IMG/VR virus record: IMGVR_UViG_3300008113_000007 | Location: 64,001-117,858 of that record | DNA from: a virus | Taxonomy: Duplodnaviria; Heunggongvirae; Uroviricota; Caudoviricetes | DNA length: 53,858 nt | Direction: 5' to 3' (one strand) | Part shown: piece by piece, positions 42,977 through 53,110 of the stretch | How the letters are laid out: each line of letters opens with the position of its first letter | Position numbering within the stretch: the stretch's first letter is position 1 | The notes under the pieces: generated by a model | Seen by the model: the letters and a program-made list of their open reading frames with translations, nothing else | Database searches by the model: none | Told to the model about the DNA's origin: nothing | Program-made: the position numbers and the translations under genes

Positions 42977-45973
42977 ATGTCTAACGAATTCTTCGTAAGA
43001 AGAGGCCTCGCGATCGCGACCTCGTCGGTCAGCCTAGCGACAACAGAGAACAAGATTCTCGTACTCGGCGACGACCACGTGGTCAGGTACCGCACCGATA
43101 TCTCGGGCGGCGGGGGCGGCTCGGCGTGCGCAGCTGCGCCTACATTCTCGGTGCAGATAAGCAGCGGCACTGGCCTCACAGGGTTCGGTATAATAGACTA
43201 CGGCCGCGGGTCTGTGCTGATAAACAGGCCGGGACTTCCGATACTCGCTTACAACTCATTCAACACCTTCATAGGCGCGAGCGCCGGTGTCGCCACTCAG
43301 GTCTCGGCCGCGTGCAACACATTCGTCGGCTACAGATCGGGGCAATCGAACCAGACAGGCAGCTGCAACACTTACATCGGTATGGAGACCGGCCTAAACA
43401 ACCAGACAGGTACTGGTAACACCTTCGTCGGGCATGAGGCAGGAAAGACCGGCCAGACCAACACAGGTTGCAATACTTTCGTGGGCTTCCAGGCTGGCCA
43501 AGGCGACGTTTGTAACTTCAACGTCTCGGTTGGATATCAGGCGACCAGCAACTCTATCGGCATCAAAAACGGCGTTTTCATAGGAGCGTGCGCCGGCTTC
43601 CGAGCGTGCGGCGAGAACAACGTCCTCGTCGGATCCTGCGCTGGTCTGTGCCAACAGAGCGCGCCGTCGAACACGGTCGTCGGATCCTGTGCCGGTTTAT
43701 GTAATCTTACTGGCGAGCAGAACGCTATGCTGGGCTTCCAGGCCGGCTTCTGCAACACAAGCAGCTGCAACACGTTCGTAGGATCGTGCGCCGGTAGAAA
43801 CAACAACAACGCCGCAGGAAACGTCGCGGTCGGATGGTGCTCCGCGTTCTGCAACACTTCGGGCACTGGCAACGTATCGGTCGGTTCCGGCGCGGGCTTA
43901 TGTAACACAAATTCCAGGAACGTTTTCGTCGGCCATTTTGCAGGCTGCAAGGTCAACAAGAACGACAACGTCGTCGTCGGCTACGCAGCCGGATTCGGGC
44001 TAGACGGAACGCAGAACACCATAATAGGCGCGAGCGCCGGCGTCGCGTTAGACGTCTCTGACAGGAACACACTGGTCGGCTTCCTTGCGGGCTGCACGAT
44101 GGTCGGCGACTTCGACAACGTGGCGGTAGGCTTCGGCGCCAACAGGCGTGGCACTACGTCGAGGAACACCGTCGTCGGATCCTGCGCGGGCTTCCACGCC
44201 AGTACCCCTGTCGGCTTCGACTCCGAGGCAGTTTACCTCGGTATGGCCTCGGGCTTCTGCGACCTGACCGGAAGGAACAACACTCACGTAGGAACTCGCG
44301 CGGGCTTCGGTGCTGGCTCCGCCACATTCGTAACCACATTGGGTAGCTGCGCGGGCTACGGCAACACGGCATCGTTCAACACCTTCGTAGGCGCCCTGGC
44401 AGGCGCCGGATCTCACGCCTACACTACAGGCTCGATAACGCTCGCAAACCAGAACACCGGTACATCGAGCGTCTTTGTAGGCTTCAGCGCAGGCTTCAGC
44501 AACAAGAGCGGCAATCTCAACACTTTCGTTGGAACAAACGCAGGGTTCTGTAACACAAGTGGCGAGCGTAACACGTTCATTGGATCCTTCGCCGGACTTT
44601 CGAACAGTACTACCTGTGACAACGTTCTGATAGGCGCATGTGCCGGCCGTTCCGTGGCGTCTGGCGGACTCAACGTCATGATCGGTTCTCGTGCGGGCGA
44701 AACTAACACAGGTGACTCGAACACGTTCGTTGGTAGATGCTCCGGTGCACTATCGGAGGTCGCGGCAGGAAACACCTACCTCGGTTATCACGCGGGTATG
44801 AGGTCTTGCGGCACCTCTAACACGCTGATCGGCTACGGAATCGGCGCGGACTGCAACAGCACATCGGCGAACAACGTGGCCGTCGGCCACGTCGCGGGCA
44901 GGTTCAACACCATAGGAGGCGGAAACGCGCTGGTCGGAGCATACTCCGGGCAATATAACAGAGAGGGGACCGGCAACGCTTACCTCGGCTTCCAATCCGG
45001 TAACTTCGGTGTCAACGTAAGTGAAAACGTCGCCATCGGATATTACGCAGGACTCGGAAACACGGCGTCCTTCAACACGATAGTCGGCGCCTACGCAGGT
45101 AGGGGCGACACGACTTTGACCGTAAACTCGGCTAACCTCATGACGGGCACCTCTAGTGTGATGATGGGCTACATGTCTGGCTATAGTAATACCACGGGTT
45201 CTCGAAACACATTCATTGGTGGATACAGTGGTTTTTGCAATCAAAGTGGATGCGACGACACTTTCATCGGTAACCTTTCGGGATGGTGGTCGGCCTCATC
45301 GTGCTGCAACACCTACCTGGGCGCGTGCGCCGGCTTCTGTAGCATAAACCACGCGAATGCGTTCGTCGGTATCTGCTCCGGCCTCAAGAACGAGGCTCTC
45401 GGCGGAGTATTCGTTGGGGCGTTCTCCGGTGTTGTCAATCAGGGTAACTGCAACGTTTTCATAGGCTACTACTCCGGCTGCAAGAACAACACAGGAACAT
45501 GCAACGTTTTCATAGGCGCCAACACAGGATTCTCAAACACGCAGGGTAGCGACAACACTTTCATCGGCTTCAATTCTGGCTACTGTAACGGACTTAATGG
45601 CGTATCCTGCTGGAACACCTTTTTGGGATCGCACGCCGGACACCTCAACAACACCGGTACCGCAAGTACTTACATCGGAAACCGCACAGGATGCTGCGTG
45701 ACCAGCGGCGCTGGCAACACATACGTCGGAAACGAATCTGGAGGGTGCAACAGCAGCGGAAACTACAACGTGGCCGTGGGCTTCAGGTCGAACTACACGA
45801 ACAACTTCTCGTGTACAATATCACTTGGTATCTGCGCACAGCCTACTGCGAACCAACAGCTCGTGATAGCGTCTAACCAGTTTCCACTCGGAACAGCGTC
45901 GGCCGGGACATTCTCGTTCTTCCTGAACGCGCGGATAAACGGAATAAACGTTAAAATACCACTATACCTGTAA
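42977..45973 (+). CDS. Cys/Gly-rich N-x-x-x-G-x-x-A-G repeat fibre protein, paralogue 1
   Basis: Dozens of ~14-aa NT(F/Y)(V/I)GxxAG repeats (trimeric beta-roll/YadA-head-like). Ends ARINGINVKIPLYL. Confidence 0.75.
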   Translation: MSNEFFVRRGLAIATSSVSLATTENKILVLGDDHVVRYRTDISGGGGGSACAAAPTFSVQISSGTGLTGFGIIDYGRGSVLINRPGLPILAYNSFNTFIGASAGVATQVSAACNTFVGYRSGQSNQTGSCNTYIGMETGLNNQTGTGNTFVGHEAGKTGQTNTGCNTFVGFQAGQGDVCNFNVSVGYQATSNSIGIKNGVFIGACAGFRACGENNVLVGSCAGLCQQSAPSNTVVGSCAGLCNLTGEQNAMLGFQAGFCNTSSCNTFVGSCAGRNNNNAAGNVAVGWCSAFCNTSGTGNVSVGSGAGLCNTNSRNVFVGHFAGCKVNKNDNVVVGYAAGFGLDGTQNTIIGASAGVALDVSDRNTLVGFLAGCTMVGDFDNVAVGFGANRRGTTSRNTVVGSCAGFHASTPVGFDSEAVYLGMASGFCDLTGRNNTHVGTRAGFGAGSATFVTTLGSCAGYGNTASFNTFVGALAGAGSHAYTTGSITLANQNTGTSSVFVGFSAGFSNKSGNLNTFVGTNAGFCNTSGERNTFIGSFAGLSNSTTCDNVLIGACAGRSVASGGLNVMIGSRAGETNTGDSNTFVGRCSGALSEVAAGNTYLGYHAGMRSCGTSNTLIGYGIGADCNSTSANNVAVGHVAGRFNTIGGGNALVGAYSGQYNREGTGNAYLGFQSGNFGVNVSENVAIGYYAGLGNTASFNTIVGAYAGRGDTTLTVNSANLMTGTSSVMMGYMSGYSNTTGSRNTFIGGYSGFCNQSGCDDTFIGNLSGWWSASSCCNTYLGACAGFCSINHANAFVGICSGLKNEALGGVFVGAFSGVVNQGNCNVFIGYYSGCKNNTGTCNVFIGANTGFSNTQGSDNTFIGFNSGYCNGLNGVSCWNTFLGSHAGHLNNTGTASTYIGNRTGCCVTSGAGNTYVGNESGGCNSSGNYNVAVGFRSNYTNNFSCTISLGICAQPTANQQLVIASNQFPLGTASAGTFSFFLNARINGINVKIPLYL

Positions 45974-45988
45974 AATTAGAACCTGAAC

Positions 45989-48900
45989 ATGTCAAACGAA
46001 TTTTTTGTAAGAAGAGGCCTCGCAATCGCGGTATCGTCCGTGAATCTAGCAACAACCGAGAACAAGGTGCTCGTACTCGGCGACGACAACATAGTAAGGT
46101 ACAGGACTAACATATCCGGTGGATCCGCGCAGGCAGCCGCTCCTACGTTCTCTGTTCAGATAAGCGACGGCACCGGCCTGACGGGCTACGGCCTCATAGA
46201 CTTCGGCCGAGGCAACACGTCGCTCAACAGGCCCGGTTTTCTTATAACCACAAGCAACTCATTGAACACTCTGATAGGCGCGAGCGCCGGCGTCGCGGTC
46301 GGAACGAACGCAAACGTCTACGTCGGGTACAGGTCGGGCGTTGCGAACGCCAACGGGTGCTTCAACACCTTCCTGGGAACCGAGACGGGCATCGTCGCGC
46401 AGGCCGCCGGACAAGGCTATAACACGTTCGTCGGATACCAGTCGGGCAACGCCACTGTCTGCAGCTGCAACACGTTCGTAGGTGCGTGCACAGGGGTGTC
46501 CGCACTTTGTGCAGGAAACACGCTCGTCGGATACGAGGCTGGCAAGAGTGCGACCAACGCACTTAAAGGGACGTTCGTCGGTTTTCAGGCAGGCTGCGTG
46601 AACTCGGGCGCTGACAACGCCTACGTCGGATACCAGGCAGGAATGTGCGTGACGAGCGGCGCGCAGAACACGATTTTAGGAAGCTGCGCTGGGGAGAAGC
46701 TTACTACGCAATCGAGGAACGTACTGGTAGGATTCCAGGCAGGCTTGTGTGTTACCACAACCGAGAACACGTTCGTCGGAACATGCGCAGGCCGCAACAC
46801 AAGCACGGGCTGTCTTAACACTTTCTATGGCTTCTGCGCCGGGTTCTGCATGACAACTGAGTGTGCTAACGTCTTCGTAGGACATCAGGCGGGATCGTGT
46901 GCGACCGGCGGGTGGAACGTCGGTGTCGGTACATGTGCCGGTTTCTGCAGTACCGGTGCCTTCAACGTGTACCTCGGCCACGGCGCCGGTTACAAGAACA
47001 CCGGCTATAGATCTGTCTTCATAGGGACGGACGCAGGTTGCTCCAACACCTCTAGGAACGACAACGTCGCAATTGGTTATTATGCGGCCTGTAGCCTAGA
47101 CGGCTGTCAGAACACGGTCTTGGGAAGCTGCGCCGCTCCGCAACTCGGCACCAGTGAGAGGAACGTCTACATCGGCTTCATGGCAGGCAGAGATGGCTCG
47201 GTCGAGTACGACAACACCTTCATCGGAAGCTGTGCGGGTGTCTGCGCCAACACCCAGAACTCAACTGCCATAGGTTCCTGTGCGGCATTTCACAGCTGCG
47301 GTCGAGACACAACCAACCAGGACGCCGAGTTCGTCTACGTCGGAATGGGATCGGGCTTCTGTGAAAAGAGGGGACGGGGCAACACCTACATCGGAACAAG
47401 GTCAGGATTCGCAGGAGGTAGCCCGCTATTCGTGACCGCTTTGGGAAGTTGCGCCGGATACGGAAACACGGCATCCTTCAACACATTCGTGGGAGGCATG
47501 GCCGGGGCGGGAATTCACAATTACGTAGGCGTTCCTGGTAACGACGTCAATAACGCGTTGCTCAACAGTGGAACGAGTAGTGTTTTCATGGGCTATATGT
47601 CCGGGCTGAGAAACCTTACTGGAAACAGGAACATCTTCATAGGAAACTACGCAGGATCTTCCAACATCTCTGGTAGTTGCAACGTCTACTTAGGCGACGG
47701 GGCAGGTTCACGCAACACGGCATCCGTCAACACGTTCGTCGGCGCGTTCGCCGGCGAAACGGGTACAGGAGATTCAAACACCTACGTAGGATTCTGTGCT
47801 GGTTTCTGCACCGGCGCCGGCTTCGGAAACGTAGGCATAGGTATCAGTGCACTGACCGGCGACTCGGTCGACGGGGTGAAAGGTAACGGCTGCTATAATA
47901 CAGCCGTAGGCGTGTCTGCAGGATACAGCCTCGGTCGAAACTCCAAAGATAACGTCGTTATCGGTTCTTGGGCGCTTACTAGCGCACTCAACGCGACGAA
48001 CAGCGTGGTCATCGGTAACTGTGCCGGCTGGAATACAGGCGCGAGCACGAACTTAGGCTACTCAAGCAACGTTTTGATTGGAGCCAGGGCCGTGGCCAAT
48101 CAAAAATGGTCTTGTCTAAACACCGTCATCGGAACGGATGCGGTCGGTCACGGTGGTAGTGGTAACTGTTCCTCGTTTCCACTTAGTTGCAACACGATCG
48201 TCGGCCACGAGGCCGCCTACTGTGGATGGTCTCTATTAGAAAGCACCTACATAGGCTTCAGGGCCGGCTACTCGGCCACTTTCTCCTCACAGAATACGAT
48301 ACTCGGTTTCTGCGCAGGTTACGGCAACACATCGACTACCGGCTTCAACGTATTCGTTGGCGCGCGCGCCGGCGCAACTAACACAGGAGACTCGAACACC
48401 TTCGTGGGTAGATGCTCCGGTGCGATCTCCGGGCCAGCAGGAGGAAACACCTACCTCGGTTATCACGCGGGTATGAGGTCTTGCGGTAACGCCAACACGC
48501 TGATCGGTTACGGCGTAGGCGCGGACTGCAACAGCACATCGACCAACAACGTAGCCATCGGCCACGTCGCGGGCAGGTACAACACTACAGGCGGCGGCAA
48601 CGCGCTCGTCGGAGCCTACTCCGGTCAATACAACAGAGAAGGGACCGGCAACGTGTACCTCGGCTTCCAATCCGGTAACCTCGGAGAGAACGGGCAATCC
48701 GGCACTCACCGTCAATTCGACGAACCTCATGACCGGAACATCCAGTGTCATCGTCGGCTTCGGATCTGGATTCAGTCTAACCACGGGTGCACACAACACG
48801 TTTGTCGGTGCGTACTCAGGCTATTCGACGACGTCTGGTTGCAGGAACACGTTCGTCGGATACTGCACCGGCGCTTCCACTGCGTTCTGTGGTTCGATAG

Positions 48901-49055
48901 TGCTCGGATACGGCGCGCAGGCCACCGGTAACTGCCAGCTCGTACTCGGATCCGCCGCACAGGCACTAGGTACAGCGTCAGACGGGACCTTCAACCAGTA
49001 CCTCTGCGTCGTTGTCAACGGAACAAACTTCAGAATACCTCTCTACTCGGCATAA
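45989..49055 (+). pseudogene. Cys/Gly-rich repeat fibre protein, paralogue 2, frameshifted near 48692 (pseudogene or assembly error)
   Basis: N-terminus nearly identical to paralogue 1 (MSNEFFVRRGLAIA). Alignment with paralogue 1 shows 87 nt replaced by 1 nt at 48692. The proper C-terminus (LMTGTSS...VVNGTNFRIPLYSA) lies in ORF 48729..49055 in another frame. Confidence 0.65.
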
Positions 49056-49102
49056 TACGAAACATCCGCGTATTCGTTCATATAACAATAAAAAAAAAGT
49101 TA

Positions 49103-50014
49103 ATGAGCAAATACGCTATACTGCAAATAGAAGGCGGCGTGGGTAAGAACGTCATGGCTACTGCGGTCGTACGTGCGATAAACAAACAGCACCCGGCACA
49201 CAAAATAGTCGTGGTTACGGCACACACAGACGTCTGGCTGAACAATCAGAGAGTACACAGGGTAATCCAGTTCGGAACTCTACAGTACTTCTACAATGAC
49301 TACGTAAAAGACAAAGACTCTCTCATTTTCCTGCACGACCCTTACAAGTCCACAGACTACTTGTACAGAAGAAAGCACGTCACCGAAATCTGGTGCCAAC
49401 TCTGCAACGTGAAATACGACGGATCTTTGCCCGAGATGTACTTCACTCAGCTCGAGAACGACTTCTGCACGTCGATGATCGGCAAGGACGAGAGGCCTAT
49501 ATTTATGATAAACGCCTTCGGCGGCGCACCTGAGCAGCAACACAAATACTCCTGGGCCAGGGACATACCACCAGTGGTCGCGCAGTCCGTCGTAGAGGGA
49601 ATGTCTAAGAAGTTCAGGGTAATACAGATAAGGAGACCTGACCAGATAGCTCTGAACGGAGCAGAGTCTTACTCTGTAAACCTCAGACAGAGCATGCTGA
49701 TGCTTATTCAGTCCGACAGGAGGCTTCTCATAGACTCACTATTGCAACACGTGGCGGCAGGCCTCGAAATGAAGTCCACCGTTCTTTGGGCATGCAACAG
49801 CCCCATAGCGCTAGGGTACGAGCTACACGACAACATCTACGCAAATTTCGTTGCAGGCGACCTGAAGAATAGCGTCTACGAGCCTTACGACATAGTCGGC
49901 GATCCAACGCAACTAGCCACCGCACCGATAGATATGTTCAACGTAGATAAAATAATAAAATCACTCGACATAGAAGAGTTCCCGGACTTAGTTACCGATG
50001 CTTTTATGGTATAA
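49103..50014 (+). CDS. putative glycosyltransferase, GT9 (RfaF/heptosyltransferase)-like GT-B fold
   Basis: QIEGGVGKNVMATAVVRAINKQHP (compare GT9 GxGD...TPxxxxL...P) and LLIDSLLQHVAAGLEMKSTVLW (compare DSGxxHxAAAlxxPxVxLF). Confidence 0.6.
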   Translation: MSKYAILQIEGGVGKNVMATAVVRAINKQHPAHKIVVVTAHTDVWLNNQRVHRVIQFGTLQYFYNDYVKDKDSLIFLHDPYKSTDYLYRRKHVTEIWCQLCNVKYDGSLPEMYFTQLENDFCTSMIGKDERPIFMINAFGGAPEQQHKYSWARDIPPVVAQSVVEGMSKKFRVIQIRRPDQIALNGAESYSVNLRQSMLMLIQSDRRLLIDSLLQHVAAGLEMKSTVLWACNSPIALGYELHDNIYANFVAGDLKNSVYEPYDIVGDPTQLATAPIDMFNVDKIIKSLDIEEFPDLVTDAFMV

Positions 50015-50017
50015 AAA

Positions 50018-50090
50018 AAAAAGAGTCAAATTTGACTCTTTTTTTTTATAAAAATATTCAAAAAAAATCTCGACAACGTCGAGATTTTTT
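50018..50090. terminator. two tandem A/T-flanked palindromes between convergent genes
   Basis: AAAAAGAGTCAAA/TTTGACTCTTTTT (50018-50043) and AAAAAAATCTCGAC-aac-GTCGAGATTTTTT (50061-50090). Confidence 0.7.
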
Positions 50091-50095
50091 TTATT

Positions 50096-51409
50096 TTAGT
50101 ACCTGTACTCGTCGCTCTTGAACGGGCCATCAACAGGAACCCCTATGTAGTCCGACTGCTCAGGTGTCAGGATGTCAAGTTCTACGCCAATCTTAGCGAG
50201 GTGAAGCATAGCGACCTTCTCGTCGAGCTTCTTAGGAAGAACGTACACTTTGTTCTCGTAGTTATGCGAGTTCTGCCAAAGCTCGATTTGCGCGAGCGTC
50301 TGGTTCGCGAAAGAGTTCGACATCACGAACGAAGGGTGACCTGTGGCACATCCGAGGTTCACAAGCCTTCCTTCCGCCAATACGATAATGTCCTTACCCT
50401 CGACGTTGTAAACGTCGACCTGTGGCTTTATCTCGGTCTTTCCGGAGCCGTAGTAAGTGTTCAACCAATCCATATCAATCTCGTTGTCGAAGTGGCCGAT
50501 GTTACAAACTATCGTCTTATCCTTCATTCCGAAGAAATGCCTAGACATGATGATGTTCTTGTTACCTGTTGCAGTGACTACAATGTCCGCCTTAGAGATG
50601 ACGCTGTCCAGCCTCTTCACCTCATAACCGTCCATCGCCGCCTGTAATGCGCAGATTGGATCTATTTCAGTAACGATAACTCTCGCACCAGCACCTCTCA
50701 AAGAAGCAGCAGAACCCTTACCCACGTCGCCGTAGCCACAAACGATGGCAACCTTTCCTGCCATCATAACGTCAGTGGCCCTTCTTATAGAGTCGACCAA
50801 AGACTCCTTACATCCGTACTTGTTGTCGAACTTAGACTTAGTAACTGAGTCGTTCACGTTGATCGCCGGAACCAACAAAGTGCCTTTCTTCATTCTCTCC
50901 TGAAGTCTGAGAACACCGGTTGTTGTCTCTTCGGAAAGTCCTTTGATACCTTCTACCAGGTTAGGGTACCTGTCGAAGACCATATTCGTAAGATCACCTC
51001 CGTCGTCGAGTATCATATTCAACGGCTCGCCGCCCTCGAACGCGTGCAGCGTCTGCTCGATACACCAGTCGAACTCCTGCTCGTTCATACCTTTCCAAGC
51101 GTAAACAGGAATTCCTGCCGCTGCAATAGCCGCAGCCGCGTGGTCCTGTGTAGAGAAGATGTTACAAGACGACCACGAAACCTCTGCACCTAGCTCGATC
51201 AACGTCTCGATAAGAACTGCGGTCTGGATGGTCATATGTAGACAACCTGCGATCCTAGCTCCTGCCAAAGGCTTTGAACCTCTGTACTCCTCACGGATCG
51301 ACATAAGGCCGGGCATCTCCGCCTCAGCAAGTCTGATTTCTTTCCTTCCCCATTCGGCGAGCGACATGTCTTTCACTCTGTAGGCAAGTCTTTCATTTGT
51401 TTCTACCAT
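50096..51409 (-). CDS. ahcY: S-adenosyl-L-homocysteine hydrolase
   Basis: [57 protein letters not shown] and [14 protein letters not shown]. Confidence 0.97.
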   Translation of the reverse strand: MVETNERLAYRVKDMSLAEWGRKEIRLAEAEMPGLMSIREEYRGSKPLAGARIAGCLHMTIQTAVLIETLIELGAEVSWSSCNIFSTQDHAAAAIAAAGIPVYAWKGMNEQEFDWCIEQTLHAFEGGEPLNMILDDGGDLTNMVFDRYPNLVEGIKGLSEETTTGVLRLQERMKKGTLLVPAINVNDSVTKSKFDNKYGCKESLVDSIRRATDVMMAGKVAIVCGYGDVGKGSAASLRGAGARVIVTEIDPICALQAAMDGYEVKRLDSVISKADIVVTATGNKNIIMSRHFFGMKDKTIVCNIGHFDNEIDMDWLNTYYGSGKTEIKPQVDVYNVEGKDIIVLAEGRLVNLGCATGHPSFVMSNSFANQTLAQIELWQNSHNYENKVYVLPKKLDEKVAMLHLAKIGVELDILTPEQSDYIGVPVDGPFKSDEYRY

Positions 51410-51435
51410 TACTTTTTTTATTTTTTGTTTGTGGC

Positions 51436-51795
51436 CTATAAACTTATGGCCATTATTTCCTTTTCCTTTTCAATCAGCTCGACCAGAAGCATTCTGCATT
51501 CTTGTTTCAGGTTACTGAGCTTCTGCATACCTTCGTCGTCAAGAGATGTCTCTTTCTCTATCGCCTCTATCTCGTCGGTGATTGCGATTTTCATTCTGTC
51601 GATGTCGCCCGCGACTATGCCACGCACCTCTTCGAAAAGAGAGCTGTAATATGGATTTTCCCTGATGACATGCAGATACATAGCCGGGTTAAAAGCCTTC
51701 ATTATGGAACGTAGCTGTTCCATAATTGACTCTTCTGTCCTGGACTCAGTTAGGCGTTCGAGTGCCAGTTCGAATTCTATCTCGTTCTTACTCAT
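51436..51795 (-). CDS. hypothetical helical protein
   Basis: 119-aa ORF whose start overlaps the smpB stop. Confidence 0.65.
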   Translation of the reverse strand: MSKNEIEFELALERLTESRTEESIMEQLRSIMKAFNPAMYLHVIRENPYYSSLFEEVRGIVAGDIDRMKIAITDEIEAIEKETSLDDEGMQKLSNLKQECRMLLVELIEKEKEIMAISL

Positions 51796-52232
51796 CTATG
51801 ACTCAATTCTCTTTTCGTGTCACGGTCTATGTCGCGTTTCTTGATGTCCTCCTTCTTGTTCCAGAGCTTCTTGCCCTTGCAGACGCCAATCTTCGCCTTT
51901 ATGCGGTTGTTCTTCAGGTGCAGGTCCAGGAGTATCATAGTGCTTCCCTTCTCCTCCATCATCCTGTCAATCTTCCTGATTTCCTTCTTGTTCAGCAGAA
52001 GCTTCTTCTCGCGGTTCTCGTCGTGCTTCTCGGCCTTGTGCGCCTGCTTGTATGAAGCGATACGCATGTTCTTCACGAATATCTCGCCAGCCTTGAAGTA
52101 AGCGAAAGAGTCACCGATAGTGACGTCGCCGCCGCGTATCGACTTGACCTCGGATCCCGTCAGTATTATTCCTGTCTCGAAGTCCTCGAGCACCGTGAAT
52201 TCGTGGTATGCTTTCCTGTTCTTTATCATCAT
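51792..52232 (-). CDS. smpB: SsrA (tmRNA)-binding protein
   Basis: NRKAYHEF, ETGIILTGSEVKSIR, REKKLLLNKKEI and KGKKLWNKKEDIKKRD. Confidence 0.92.
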   Translation of the reverse strand: MMIKNRKAYHEFTVLEDFETGIILTGSEVKSIRGGDVTIGDSFAYFKAGEIFVKNMRIASYKQAHKAEKHDENREKKLLLNKKEIRKIDRMMEEKGSTMILLDLHLKNNRIKAKIGVCKGKKLWNKKEDIKKRDIDRDTKRELSHR

Positions 52233-52236
52233 AGCC

Positions 52237-52752
52237 CTAATATACTAAAAAATCATGTTCATCGTACCTACTCTTTACGACTTTCACGTACTCGCCTTTC
52301 GCTATTATCGCCAGGTCTGCTGAGTAAAGTACCCGGTCTCCGCCCACGAAAGTCATCTCGGCATTTAAAGAACTGTTCACGAACGAGACGAATATCACTT
52401 TCATTCCAATATCACGCGCCTGGTGGCTAATGTTCCTGACCTTGTTCCTGAGAGCCTGCAGCATATTGTCGCCTGCCCTCCTCTCGAGACGTATCACAAG
52501 GAAGTTCGAGACGTCCTCGCACTCGTCGAGAACGCTGTCTATCCTCCTGTCCCGGTGTACCTGTCTGAGGTCGTCCACGTCGTGTATCGAGACCTCGTGG
52601 CCGCCGCCTAGCCTTTCGAGCACGGAGCCGACCAACCTCTCGCCTTTGGCGTCGTGGCCAAGCACGGTTACGTAGGGCTCATTAACTGAGATAAGACCCG
52701 CCATGCGGCGGACCTTATCTTCATAGTTCAATATCTCGAGAGTCTTCGACAT
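52237..52752 (-). CDS. hypothetical protein, possible degenerate RecA/KaiC-like fold
   Basis: The C-terminus VIFVSFVN...GGDRVLYSADLAII...KVVKSRY resembles the end of RecA-fold ATPases. There is no intact Walker A. Confidence 0.5.
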   Translation of the reverse strand: MSKTLEILNYEDKVRRMAGLISVNEPYVTVLGHDAKGERLVGSVLERLGGGHEVSIHDVDDLRQVHRDRRIDSVLDECEDVSNFLVIRLERRAGDNMLQALRNKVRNISHQARDIGMKVIFVSFVNSSLNAEMTFVGGDRVLYSADLAIIAKGEYVKVVKSRYDEHDFLVY

Positions 52753-52755
52753 GTC

Positions 52756-53088
52756 TTAAATTTGAGCACCTAAGTGGTTATCAACTAAATCCTGAATCTT
52801 TTCCTTAGTTATCATACCAGTGTTTCTCTCAACGATTTCGCCATCCTTGTAAAGTAGTAACGTTGGAATGTTTCGTATTCCCAGTTCCTGTACTAAATCA
52901 CGAGCACCATCAGCATCCAATTTACCAACGGTAAGTTTACCGTAATATTCAGAGGATATTTGATCCACTATCGGTCCAATTACTTTACACGGGCCACACC
53001 ATTCGGCTTTCACGTCAACTAAAACTAAACCCCTTTCAGTGAAAGATTTGTAATTCTCTTCATTCAATTCGGTAATAAATGCAACCAT
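52756..53088 (-). CDS. trxA: thioredoxin
   Basis: Likely start MVAFITELNEENY at 53088. AEWCGPCK active site and cis-Pro motif IRNIPTLLLYKDG. Confidence 0.92.
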   Translation of the reverse strand: MVAFITELNEENYKSFTERGLVLVDVKAEWCGPCKVIGPIVDQISSEYYGKLTVGKLDADGARDLVQELGIRNIPTLLLYKDGEIVERNTGMITKEKIQDLVDNHLGAQI

Positions 53089-53110
53089 ATCCTTATTTTT
53101 TATTTTAGTG

